Assembly (NCBI GenBank): GCA_029243545.1
Contig: JAQWRV010000029.1
Coordinates: 34,295-98,294, forward strand
Length of the DNA stretch: 64,000 nt
Origin: Rhodospirillaceae bacterium
Lineage (GTDB): Bacteria; Pseudomonadota; Alphaproteobacteria; Rhodospirillales; Rhodospirillaceae
Direction of reading: 5' to 3'
Shown here: piece after piece, positions 32,335 to 41,438 of the stretch
How the letters are laid out: each line of letters begins with the position of its first letter
Position numbering within the stretch: position 1 is the stretch's first letter
Notes under the pieces: generated by a model
What the model was told of the DNA's origin: nothing
Databases searched by the model: none
What the model saw: the letters and a program-made list of their open reading frames with translations, nothing else
Translations under genes and position numbers: made by a program

Positions 32335-33774
32335 ATGACTCAAATGCCTAATCTCGTCCCAGCCTACGCAGAGATTTTCCTCGCTCTGTCTGGTTTGTTA
32401 TTGCTGATGGTCGGTGTATTCCGCAAAACGGATCCAGTCCGTGGTGTTGCGCGACTAGCGATTTTGGCCTTTTCCGTGGCTGGAGTGTTGGTGTTGACGA
32501 CCAACGCTGTTGCGGTGACGACCTTTAGCGGCATGTTTGCCGTCAATGCCTTCACCAGTTTTGCCAAGCTATTGGTTCTTCTGGGCGGTGGCTTTGCCGT
32601 GTTCCTGATGTTGCCTTGGGCGAAGAATGAGGGCATCGCGCGCTTTGAACTACCGGTCGTCATGGTCTTTGCCGTACTCGGCATGATGATGATGATCTCG
32701 GCCAATGACTTAATCTCATTGTACGTTGGCCTCGAACTGCAATCGCTGTCACTCTACGTACTGGCGGCGTTCCATCGCGGTAATTTGCGAGCGACGGAAG
32801 CTGGGGTAAAATATTTTATACTGGGTGCGCTGGCGTCTGGCTTGCTACTCTACGGATCATCCCTCATTTACGGCTTTGCCGGCACGACTTCTTTTGTTGG
32901 GTTGGCCAGTGCCCTCAGTTCGGCACAGGAGAACGTTGGGGTTATAGTCGGCATGGTCTTCGTTATTTCCGGCCTCGCGTTCAAAATTTCCGCCGTGCCG
33001 TTTCATATGTGGACGCCGGACGTGTACGAAGGGTCGCCGACACCGGTAACAGCCTTTTTCTCTGTGGCACCGAAGATTGCCGCGCTGTGCTTGTTCTTAC
33101 GTATCTTGGTCGGCCCGTTTGACGACCTCATGTTTCAATGGCGTCAAGTGCTGATAGTGATCTGCGTCGCTTCAATGCTTTGGGGTGCGGTGGCCGCCAT
33201 TGCGCAGAGCAATATCAAGCGGTTAATGGCTTATAGTTCTATCGGTCATGTGGGCTACGCGCTGATCGGGCTAGTAGCTGCTACGCCTGAAGGCGCGCGC
33301 GGCATGATCTACTACATGCTGATTTATCTGTTCATGAATGTGGGCACGTTCGCGGTGATTCTCAGCATGCGGGTTAAAGATCGCTATGTTGAAGGGGTCA
33401 ACGATCTTTCCGGTCTATCTAAAACCAATCCGGCAATAGCCTTGGCGCTCACCGTGCTGATGTTCTCCATGGCCGGCATTCCGCCGTTGGCAGGATTCTT
33501 CGGTAAGTACTTTGTCTTTGTCGCTGCCATCAATGCCGGGCTGATTCCCTTGGCGGTTATCGGCGTGTTGTCCAGTGTCATCGGCGCGTACTATTACCTG
33601 CGCCTCATAAAAATAATGTACTTTGATGAGGCTGGAGAAGGGTTAGATAAACCTGACCTGTCGACCGGCGTGGTTATGGGCGTTTGTGCCTTGGCCGTCG
33701 TTGTTTTCATCCTCGTACCCGAGCCTATGCTAGCCGGCGCAGATGCCGCCGCAGCGGCTCTATTCCAAGGCTAG
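32335..33774 (+). CDS. nuoN: NADH-quinone oxidoreductase subunit N
   Basis: ND2-like antiporter-type subunit, 479 aa. Confidence 0.95.
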   Translation: MTQMPNLVPAYAEIFLALSGLLLLMVGVFRKTDPVRGVARLAILAFSVAGVLVLTTNAVAVTTFSGMFAVNAFTSFAKLLVLLGGGFAVFLMLPWAKNEGIARFELPVVMVFAVLGMMMMISANDLISLYVGLELQSLSLYVLAAFHRGNLRATEAGVKYFILGALASGLLLYGSSLIYGFAGTTSFVGLASALSSAQENVGVIVGMVFVISGLAFKISAVPFHMWTPDVYEGSPTPVTAFFSVAPKIAALCLFLRILVGPFDDLMFQWRQVLIVICVASMLWGAVAAIAQSNIKRLMAYSSIGHVGYALIGLVAATPEGARGMIYYMLIYLFMNVGTFAVILSMRVKDRYVEGVNDLSGLSKTNPAIALALTVLMFSMAGIPPLAGFFGKYFVFVAAINAGLIPLAVIGVLSSVIGAYYYLRLIKIMYFDEAGEGLDKPDLSTGVVMGVCALAVVVFILVPEPMLAGADAAAAALFQG

Positions 33775-33787
33775 ATTGTGGTCTGAG

Positions 33788-34564
33788 ATGCCTTTTTCTC
33801 GCGCCTTGTCGCCTAAATTTCCTAGCGGGTGGCGCCTGATCACGGTTCCAGAACTTGATAGCACTAATGCAGAGGTGATGCGCTGCGCGGAAACGGGAGA
33901 GCCGGAGGGGTTGGCTGTTCGCGCAGATGTACAAACGGCTGGCCGCGGGCGGCGTGGCCGGTCGTGGGAAAGTCCTAATGGCAACTTGTATCTCAGTATT
34001 CTTATCGATGCGCCGCCAACCGTGGCCGGTCAGGTAGGGTTTGCGGCAGCGTTGGCTCTGATTGACAGTCTGGAGATCGAAGCCGATCAGGACTTGCCTG
34101 ACCTCTGCTGCAAATGGCCAAACGATTTGCTGTTTAAAGGCAACAAGATTGCGGGACTTTTGCTGGAAGTAGTACCAGGCCATGATCAGGTCGTTGTTGG
34201 GCTTGGAGTGAACTTGGTTCCAACGGAGGTTACAGATGCGGTGTATCAGGCTGGTTCCTTGGCAGTCTTAGGTATTCCTTTTGATCTAAACGTGTTGGCA
34301 GCCCGGACCTGTGTATCTTTGGAATCTTGGCTCGATACCTGGAGGAAGGTTGGATTCATTCCCCTGCGCAACGCGTGGCTGGCCCGTGCTAAAGGTTTAC
34401 ATGAGCCAATTGTGGTGAGTTTGCCTAATGAAGAACTCGAAGGCCGGTTTGCCGGTCTATCAGCGGACGGCGCATTGTTGCTTGAGCAAGGAGCGGTTGA
34501 GCAAATTATTCCCGCCGGTGATGTTTTCTTCACCATTGATAGTGGCCGGGATTTGGGAGCCTAA
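33788..34564 (+). CDS. birA: biotin--[acetyl-CoA-carboxylase] ligase, group I (no HTH domain)
   Basis: GRGRRGRSW motif and KWPNDLL. Start trimmed to ATG 33788, after the nuoN stop. Confidence 0.9.
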   Translation: MPFSRALSPKFPSGWRLITVPELDSTNAEVMRCAETGEPEGLAVRADVQTAGRGRRGRSWESPNGNLYLSILIDAPPTVAGQVGFAAALALIDSLEIEADQDLPDLCCKWPNDLLFKGNKIAGLLLEVVPGHDQVVVGLGVNLVPTEVTDAVYQAGSLAVLGIPFDLNVLAARTCVSLESWLDTWRKVGFIPLRNAWLARAKGLHEPIVVSLPNEELEGRFAGLSADGALLLEQGAVEQIIPAGDVFFTIDSGRDLGA

Positions 34565-34567
34565 CGC

Positions 34568-35344
34568 ATGCTGCTAGTGATCGATTGTGGCAACACAAAC
34601 GTAGTTTTTGCCGTATACGACGATGACACGCTTAAGGGTCATTGGCGGACGGCGACCAATAGTGAAAAAACCTCAGATGACTATGGTGTCTGGCTGACCC
34701 AGGTCATGCAAAAAGATAGCGTGATGCCGGAAGATGTTGGTGCGGTTATCGTGTCTTCGGTTGTTCCTAATAAGAACCTTCCGCTTCGGACCATGTGTCA
34801 CGATTTCTTCGATATTGAAGCTCGTTTTATTAGTGACCCGGGCATCGATATTGGGGTTAACGTCATCATGCAGGATCCACGCAATGTGGGGGATGACCGC
34901 TTGGTTAACGCCATAGCCGCCCACGAGACATATGGCGGCCCAATGATCGTCGTCGATTTCGGGACAGCGACGACGTTCGATGTTATTGACGGGGATGGCA
35001 GCTATGGCGGCGGTGTTATCGCGCCAGGTATCAACCTCTCCATGGAAGCGCTACACAATGCAGCAGCATTATTACCTAAAATTCCCGTCGAAAATCCGGG
35101 TGACGCACCCGTGGTTGGCAACACTACGGTGGCGGCCATGCAGTCGGGTGTGTTTTGGGGCTATATAGGTTTGATTGAGGGACTGATTACCCGCATCAAG
35201 GCTGAGCGTGGTGATGACCTTAAAGTTATAGCGACGGGTGGACTTGCGACATTGTTTGCGGAAGCGACCGACGTGATTGAGCAAACGGACTCCGAACTCA
35301 CGTTGCGGGGATTGCGCGCCGTGCATAAGCGGAATTCCGTATGA
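34568..35344 (+). CDS. coaX: type III pantothenate kinase
   Basis: N-terminal LLVIDCGNTN and ASKHA-fold pattern, 258 aa. Confidence 0.92.
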   Translation: MLLVIDCGNTNVVFAVYDDDTLKGHWRTATNSEKTSDDYGVWLTQVMQKDSVMPEDVGAVIVSSVVPNKNLPLRTMCHDFFDIEARFISDPGIDIGVNVIMQDPRNVGDDRLVNAIAAHETYGGPMIVVDFGTATTFDVIDGDGSYGGGVIAPGINLSMEALHNAAALLPKIPVENPGDAPVVGNTTVAAMQSGVFWGYIGLIEGLITRIKAERGDDLKVIATGGLATLFAEATDVIEQTDSELTLRGLRAVHKRNSV

Positions 35345-37029
35345 GCCGTCCCAGGCGCCCCAACGAGAGTTCTCCGCCTAAAGGGCTCGACCAAGGTCTG
35401 TGGTTCGTGCCGCTCGGTGGCTCCGGCGAAATTGGTATGAACCTCAATCTTTACGGCTGTGATGATCAATGGATCATGGTCGACCTGGGTGTGACATTTG
35501 GCGATGAAAGCATCCCAGGTGTTGATGTGGTCATGCCCGACCCCGACTTTATTGCCGAACGCAAAGACAAATTGCTAGCGATAGTCCTGACCCATGCCCA
35601 TGAAGATCACTTGGGGGCCGTGGCCTACTTATGGCACAGGCTTGAATGTCCTGTGTATGCGACGCCATTTACGGCTGAATTCCTACGGCGTAAATTGCCC
35701 GAGACTGGTATTGATAAGCTGGTTGAATTGATCGAAGTGCCGCTCGGTGGGAAACTAAACATCGGCCCGTTTGATCTTGAATACATCACGCTGACCCATT
35801 CCATTCCCGAGCCCAATGCTCTCGCGATCCGCACGTCGCACGGCACAGTTATGCACACGGGTGACTGGAAGTTCGATCCTGATCCGCTGATCGGTGAAGT
35901 AACAGACTTCACTGCGCTTGAAGCCCTTGGAGATGAGGGTGTGTTGGCGATGGTCGGCGATTCCACCAATGTGTTCTCTGAGGGCGAGGCGGGTTCGGAA
36001 GCCGATGTCCGGGAAGCCTTGACCGAAGTGATTGGAAAATGTACTGGGCGCGTAGCGGTCGGCTGCTTTGCGTCTAATCTGGCGCGGGTTGAAAGTATCG
36101 CCCGGGCAGCTGAAGCCAACGGCCGTCATGTTTCTCTTGCCGGGGCCTCCCTGTGGCGGGTAACGGCAACGGCCCGCCAGACCGGCTATTTGGCCGACGA
36201 CATAATCTTTTATGAAGCCGAAGATGCAGCCCACCTGCCGGGTGACAAGGTGCTCTACATTTGTACCGGCAGCCAGGGTGAGCCGCGCGCTGCGTTAAAC
36301 CGCATCGCCTTCGGCAGCCACCGGGACGTGGGCCTGGAGGAGGGAGATACGGTGATTTTCTCCTCCCGCATTATTCCCGGCAATGAGAAAGCCATCCTAA
36401 AACTACAGAACCAGCTGGCGCGCATGGGTGTGGAGATCATCACGGCGAGGGACGCGCCAATCCATGTGTCAGGTCATCCGGGGCGGGACGAAATGCGCAA
36501 GATGTATCAGATGATCCGGCCACATACGGCGATCCCTGTACATGGCGAGCATCTGCACATGCGTGCCCATGCGGCCTTGGCCAAAGAATGCCAGGTACCG
36601 CAAGCTTTACTAGTGGAGAACGGATCAACGGTGCGTCTGGCGCCAGGCGACCCTGTGGTTGCGGGTGAAGTCTGGGCCGGGCGGATGTCGTGGGAAGGGG
36701 ACCGGGCGGTGCCGTTCTGGGACCCCATGCTGCGGGACCGCAAGAAGATCTTCTTTAACGGCAGTGTGGTTGTCTCTCTGGTGTTGGAGGATGACGGCCG
36801 CTTGGCAGCCGACGCTGAAGTGTCGGTGCTGGGTATCCCCGACCCATTGGCTGATGGCGGTCCCACAGCCCTGGCTGAGGAAATAGAAAGCGCGGTGGAA
36901 CGGATGCGCGGTAAATCACGGCGCGATGACGATGCAGTGGAAGAGGCGGTACGACGCTGCGTGCGGCGGCTTTTTTCCATGGAGCAGAGCCGCAAGCCTT
37001 TGACCCGTTTGCATATTGCAAGGGTGTGA
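35341..37029 (+). CDS. rnj: ribonuclease J (metallo-beta-lactamase / beta-CASP)
   Basis: HxHxDH motif (LTHAHEDHLGA) and beta-CASP region, 562 aa. Conserved position after coaX. Confidence 0.88.
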   Translation: MSRPRRPNESSPPKGLDQGLWFVPLGGSGEIGMNLNLYGCDDQWIMVDLGVTFGDESIPGVDVVMPDPDFIAERKDKLLAIVLTHAHEDHLGAVAYLWHRLECPVYATPFTAEFLRRKLPETGIDKLVELIEVPLGGKLNIGPFDLEYITLTHSIPEPNALAIRTSHGTVMHTGDWKFDPDPLIGEVTDFTALEALGDEGVLAMVGDSTNVFSEGEAGSEADVREALTEVIGKCTGRVAVGCFASNLARVESIARAAEANGRHVSLAGASLWRVTATARQTGYLADDIIFYEAEDAAHLPGDKVLYICTGSQGEPRAALNRIAFGSHRDVGLEEGDTVIFSSRIIPGNEKAILKLQNQLARMGVEIITARDAPIHVSGHPGRDEMRKMYQMIRPHTAIPVHGEHLHMRAHAALAKECQVPQALLVENGSTVRLAPGDPVVAGEVWAGRMSWEGDRAVPFWDPMLRDRKKIFFNGSVVVSLVLEDDGRLAADAEVSVLGIPDPLADGGPTALAEEIESAVERMRGKSRRDDDAVEEAVRRCVRRLFSMEQSRKPLTRLHIARV

Positions 37030-37054
37030 GTGAGATAGAGAGTATGAGGATTAC

Positions 37055-37459
37055 ATGATTGGACGCTTGAACCACGTTGCCATTGCCGTGCCGGATTTAG
37101 AGGCAGCAGCGGCCACCTATCGCGATGCTTTGGGAGTGACGGTGACCGAGCCAGAAGATTTGCCCGACCACGGCGTCACTGTTGTGTTCGTCCAACTCCC
37201 CAACACCAAGATCGAATTGCTGCATCCGTTGGGTGAGGGTTCTCCGATCCAAGGGTTTCTCGACAAGAACCCGTCGGGCGGCATGCATCATATGTGTTTT
37301 GAGGTGGACGATATTCTTGCTGCGCGGGACAAGCTTAAAGCCGAAGGCAAACGCATCCTTGGCGACGGCGAACCCAAGACCGGCGCCCACGGTAAGCCGG
37401 TGCTGTTTGTGCACCCGAAAGACTTTGATGGTACTCTAATTGAGATCGAACAGGCTTGA
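37055..37459 (+). CDS. mce: methylmalonyl-CoA epimerase
   Basis: 134-aa VOC fold with LNHVAIAVPDL, GMHHMCFEVDD and THPKDF-like motifs. Confidence 0.88.
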   Translation: MIGRLNHVAIAVPDLEAAAATYRDALGVTVTEPEDLPDHGVTVVFVQLPNTKIELLHPLGEGSPIQGFLDKNPSGGMHHMCFEVDDILAARDKLKAEGKRILGDGEPKTGAHGKPVLFVHPKDFDGTLIEIEQA

Positions 37460-37848
37460 GTGACGAAGCACGGTTTCTAGACTGCGTTCTGACCAATCCC
37501 ATCGACGCGGCTATATTTAAGCGCATGCCGGCTCTAGACCTACCCGACTGCCGACTGCTGTCCGGTAGCTCGTTTCAAACTGTGTGGAATGCACAGATGA
37601 GGCGCGATCCCACCTACGGGATCAAGTATTATGATATTTATTACTGTGGCCCTGGTGAACTGAGCTGGTACGCGGAAGGTGCGGTCATTAAAAAATGGCG
37701 AAGGTTAATATTGCCGCGAGATTGTCACCCATGTTCCGGCGGACGATGTCACTTACATGCCTGGCGTCGATGTGAATGGAAACGCGGTCGCGCCGGCACA
37801 TCTTGGCGGCGGATACGGCATTACCGCACGGGAAGAAGTGACCATTGA
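37456..37848 (+). pseudogene. 5' fragment of a nucleotidyltransferase-family (NTP_transf_6-like) gene running into out-of-frame sequence
   Basis: The first ~80 codons (NPIDAAIFKRMPALDLPDCRLLSGSSFQTVWN...GIKYYDIYYCGPGELSWYAEGAVIKK) resemble this family, but the expected acidic residues are substituted. From about 37700 the frame becomes Arg/Cys/His-rich nonsense. TTG start overlaps the mce stop. Confidence 0.45.
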
Positions 37849-38092
37849 TATTTGTCTGGATTTGACACAGCGCCTGGGTCTTGGCGTTGGTGAAGGGGCG
37901 TGAGGCGGCGCAGTGTCGGCTCTCATCGGTGGCGAATCCGTGGTCGGTCAGGTTACGGTGTGCGGCAATGATATTTATTGGAACGGCCATAAGATTCCCC
38001 GCGACAGTTATGCTTCATTGGCTGCGGCTTGCGGCGATTCCTTTACAGCATCAGGCATTCCGTCTCCACTTCCAAAGCCAGCTATGGAATAG
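37709..38092 (+). pseudogene. 3' fragment of an unidentified gene, 128 codons open except one in-frame TGA (37901-37903); not in the ORF track
   Basis: Manual translation gives protein-like sequence with G-rich first codon positions: IVTHVPADDVTYMPGVDVNGNAVAPAHLGGGYGITAREEVTIDICLDLTQRLGLGVGEGA*GGAVSALIGGESVVGQVTVCGNDIYWNGHKIPRDSYASLAAACG... There is no N-terminus or start, and TAA lies at 37706-37708 immediately upstream. Confidence 0.4.
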
Positions 38093-38110
38093 AAAATTAG
38101 CGCGCTGCGG

Positions 38111-39655
38111 CTATGCCATCATCGCCTCGATGAAATGCGGTCCCGGTTCTTTCAGGCAATTCTTCAGTACATCTTCTAAGCCCCTACAATCATTGACCCG
38201 ATGGGAATCGACCCCTTGTGCTTCGGCTAGCTTGGCGAAGTCGATGCTAGGGTCATCCAAATCCATCATACGGCGGGCATTAGCTCCGGCTGGGCCCAGC
38301 CCATGGCGCTGCAATTCGATGTCGAGGATGAGGTAACCACGATTGGAAAACACCACCGTCGTTACGTCGAGCCGCTCTCGGGCCATGGTCCACAGCGCCT
38401 GGATCGTATACATGGCCCCACCATCGCCTTGTAGACAGAGTACTTTGCGGTCTGGCGCGGCAACGGCGGCGCCCACGGCCACCGGCATAGCCCAACCGAT
38501 GCCGCCACCCGTGATAAAAAGCCAGTCGTGGGGTGCGGCGCTGGCGCTGCGGGCATAGGCCGGAAAACCAACCGTAATACCTTCGTCGACGACGATGGCC
38601 TGTTGGGGAATCGCGCGAGCGATGGCTATGGACGCGGCTTCGGCAGTTAACGGCCCATCGGGAGGTGGTGGAAGGGCAAGTGCTTGCGTAACTCCACTTG
38701 TTTTAGCGCCCAGTTCGTCGGCAAGCGCTTCAAGGCTGGTAATGACATCGCCACCCAACGGGACCAGAGTTTCAAGGGCGCAACCCTTCGGCACCAGTGA
38801 GCCGCCGCCGGTGGGATACGAGAAGAATGAAACAGGCACTTTGGACCCGCAAAGGACGATATGTTCAAGCCCGGCTAAGTGTTCGGCAGCGTCTTCAGGA
38901 AAATAGGGAATGCGTTCCACAGGCACGCGCCCTGCACCACGTTGCATTAGCGGCTCAAAGGTGTAGGCGATGAGCCGAACGCCGGTTTTTGCCGCTATGC
39001 GCCCAGCGGCCTTAAGGCCTGGGTCTGTCAGTCCTTCAGCGCCGATTAAAAGAGCTGTTTTGTTTCCTTTCTTCGTTAGCGCAGCGATGTCAGAGACCAC
39101 TGTTGACGAGGCCGGATGCCGTTCAAGCCGTTGGATGGGCGAAAAGGGTTCGATGCCATCGCCCCAACTGCAATCTGCAGGGATAATCAGGCTGGAAATC
39201 TGTCCCGGCGGGCCCAATGACGCAGCGACAGCCTCGGCACCGTCCTCCGCGATATCTTCTGGCCGGGAGACTTGCCGCACCCAGCCGGATACCGGCTCCG
39301 CTAGACCAACGATGTCAGAGGTAAGGGGGGCGTCGTAAATCAAATGAGAGCGGGGGTGATTGCCGATTAGATTGACCACCGGAGAATGGGCCTTACGCCC
39401 GTTATGTAAATGACACAGGCCATTGGCCAGGCCTGGGCCCAGATGCAGCAGGGTGCTGGCTGGTTTTCCAGTGATGCGGGCGTAGCCGTCTGCTGCACCG
39501 GTGCACACGCCTTCAAATAAGCCCAGGACCGGGCGGATACGATTGGTGCCATCTATGGCACCGACCAGATGGGTTTCCGTCGTTCCTGGATTGGCAAAAC
39601 AGACCTCAATGCCACTGTCGGCAAGGGTTTGGATCAGTGCTTCAGCCCCATTCAT
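38111..39655 (-). CDS. thiamine-pyrophosphate-dependent enzyme, acetolactate-synthase-large-subunit-like (514 aa)
   Basis: N-terminal Pyr domain (GAADGYARITGKP, LLHLGPGLANG) and C-terminal TPP motif GDGGAMYT...SNRGY. Confidence 0.85.
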   Translation of the reverse strand: MNGAEALIQTLADSGIEVCFANPGTTETHLVGAIDGTNRIRPVLGLFEGVCTGAADGYARITGKPASTLLHLGPGLANGLCHLHNGRKAHSPVVNLIGNHPRSHLIYDAPLTSDIVGLAEPVSGWVRQVSRPEDIAEDGAEAVAASLGPPGQISSLIIPADCSWGDGIEPFSPIQRLERHPASSTVVSDIAALTKKGNKTALLIGAEGLTDPGLKAAGRIAAKTGVRLIAYTFEPLMQRGAGRVPVERIPYFPEDAAEHLAGLEHIVLCGSKVPVSFFSYPTGGGSLVPKGCALETLVPLGGDVITSLEALADELGAKTSGVTQALALPPPPDGPLTAEAASIAIARAIPQQAIVVDEGITVGFPAYARSASAAPHDWLFITGGGIGWAMPVAVGAAVAAPDRKVLCLQGDGGAMYTIQALWTMARERLDVTTVVFSNRGYLILDIELQRHGLGPAGANARRMMDLDDPSIDFAKLAEAQGVDSHRVNDCRGLEDVLKNCLKEPGPHFIEAMMA

Positions 39656-41376
39656 GCGGGTTTATCTCCACCGAAATGTTTGGTGCGGGTGTCTTCCACA
39701 TCGTGATAGTGCAACGTGCTGGTAACGGGATCGAGAGCACCGGAATCATCGGTCACCACATCTACAACGACAGGCTGGTCTGAAATGGCAAAGGCCTTGT
39801 CCAGTAACGGTCCTAGATCCGCTAGAGCTTCAACACGTAAGCCGGCGGCGCCAAAACCTTCCGCGACCTTATCGTAGCGCACTTCGCCAAAATGCGCGTT
39901 GATGGTGCGGCCCACTTGCCGCGGCTGGACGTAAATCTCGTTACCCCAGCCGCCGTTGTTGGATATAACACAGAGAAATGGCAATCCGGCCTTTGCGGCT
40001 GAGTCCAGTTCCGCCGGATAAAATCCAAACGCACCGTCGCCGGTCACTAAGATCACCCGGCGTTCGGGCTCGCCCGTCTCGGCGGCAACCTCTTTGGCCC
40101 CGGCAACCGCCCCTAAAGCCAGTGGTGTGCCCATGCCCATAGACCCGAGCGGCATGATGTCCATATAGGCGCCGGGTGTGTGATAGCGGGTGACCGCCCA
40201 ACTGCGGACCAGGATGAAAGCGCCGTCCTGAATAAAGATCGCGTTGTCCGGAAGCCGTTCCTGAACCGCGCGGGCCAGGCGGAAGGGGTGGATGTACTCT
40301 TCTTCGTGGCCGCTCTTTTCGATGATGGCCAACCGCTCGGCCAAAGACTCTTTGATCCAGGAGGGGTCGAAGGGTTTAGTCTTACGCTCAACCAACGCGG
40401 CGTGTATGGCTTCGAGCGCAGTGCGGCTGTCGGCAACCATGCCCACATCGACCACGCGATTACGGCTGATCTCTTCCGATTCCACATCGATTTGAATCAT
40501 CTTTTGTGACGCCGGGAATCTGGGGCTCAGGCCATAGCCATATTTCTTACCCATGCGCGCTCCAGCACAGATGATTAAATCCGCGTCCTTTGCTGCGAAT
40601 TGAGCGAGAGGCCAGCCCCAGCCAGTCACGTCATCTTCCGGCACCAGGCCACGGCCTTGGAAGTTGGTTGCGATGACCATAGAAAAGTCTTTGATGATCT
40701 GACGCAGTGTCGGTCCTGCTTCAGACTTAAAGGAACCGGTACCGGCAATAATCAGGGGGCGTTTGGCAGCGGATATGAGATCAACGGCCAGGTCCACGTC
40801 GTCTTTTGACGGTGCAGGTCGTGGCAACGGCGGCATTGGCGTGTCGACATCGACCCCCGGGTCGACCAGTTCCTTCAAGAAGTCTTTCGGGAAGGCGAGC
40901 GCCACAGGTCCGGGACGTCCGGCCAACGCATGACGGCAGGCTGCCTCGAGATATTCACCAAGACGCCCGGCACTCCGTACAGTCCGCGCCCACTTGGTCA
41001 CCGGTTGCACCAGCCCGAGAATTTCATGATCGAAATCCAGTTCCGGCTGGGTCCAGGTGTCGGGCTCACGGCCAATCAATACAACCACCGGTGAACAGGC
41101 TTCAAAGGCTTGCTGCAGGCCTGTAATTGCGTTGGGCATGCCCTGATCCACATTGACCATGGCGATGCCGACTTTGCCGGTGACGCGGGAATAGCCATCT
41201 GCTGCGCCCACGGTCGCGCTTTCGTGGCGGCCTGGCACAATACGCATGCCAGTTTTTTCGCATTCGTCGAGGAGTTCGGTCTGAGAAGCGCCGGCGAGAG
41301 CAAAGACTGTCTTGATGCCGAAGCGTTCCAGCACCCGCCGCATGACAGCTGCGCCGGTCATGCGTTTGGTTGTCAT
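39652..41376 (-). CDS. thiamine-pyrophosphate-dependent enzyme, acetolactate-synthase/oxalyl-CoA-decarboxylase superfamily (574 aa)
   Basis: Pyr domain (GAADGYSRVTGK), central domain, and TPP motif GDGAFGF...ISNNGGWG. Start trimmed to ATG 41376, preceded by GGAGGG. Its stop overlaps the downstream gene start (ATGA). Confidence 0.85.
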   Translation of the reverse strand: MTTKRMTGAAVMRRVLERFGIKTVFALAGASQTELLDECEKTGMRIVPGRHESATVGAADGYSRVTGKVGIAMVNVDQGMPNAITGLQQAFEACSPVVVLIGREPDTWTQPELDFDHEILGLVQPVTKWARTVRSAGRLGEYLEAACRHALAGRPGPVALAFPKDFLKELVDPGVDVDTPMPPLPRPAPSKDDVDLAVDLISAAKRPLIIAGTGSFKSEAGPTLRQIIKDFSMVIATNFQGRGLVPEDDVTGWGWPLAQFAAKDADLIICAGARMGKKYGYGLSPRFPASQKMIQIDVESEEISRNRVVDVGMVADSRTALEAIHAALVERKTKPFDPSWIKESLAERLAIIEKSGHEEEYIHPFRLARAVQERLPDNAIFIQDGAFILVRSWAVTRYHTPGAYMDIMPLGSMGMGTPLALGAVAGAKEVAAETGEPERRVILVTGDGAFGFYPAELDSAAKAGLPFLCVISNNGGWGNEIYVQPRQVGRTINAHFGEVRYDKVAEGFGAAGLRVEALADLGPLLDKAFAISDQPVVVDVVTDDSGALDPVTSTLHYHDVEDTRTKHFGGDKPA

Positions 41377-41438
41377 TCTCGTCCCTCCAAATAATTGTCT
41401 GACGCTCTTGTTGCTAGGGTCGCACAAACCGGCCAAAT

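Noticed and set aside
37901-37903. In-frame TGA (also 52918-52920) as selenocysteine or a recoded stop
   Set aside because: Many intact genes here terminate with TGA (nuoC, nuoG, lolC, lolD, mce). No convincing SECIS-like hairpin lies directly downstream. Both ORFs also lack N-termini or carry frameshifts. Pseudogenes are the simpler explanation.
37688-37990. 100-aa minus-strand ORF listed in the track
   Set aside because: Its Arg/Cys/His-rich composition is implausible. The plus-strand frame over the same DNA gives protein-like sequence with G-rich first codon positions.
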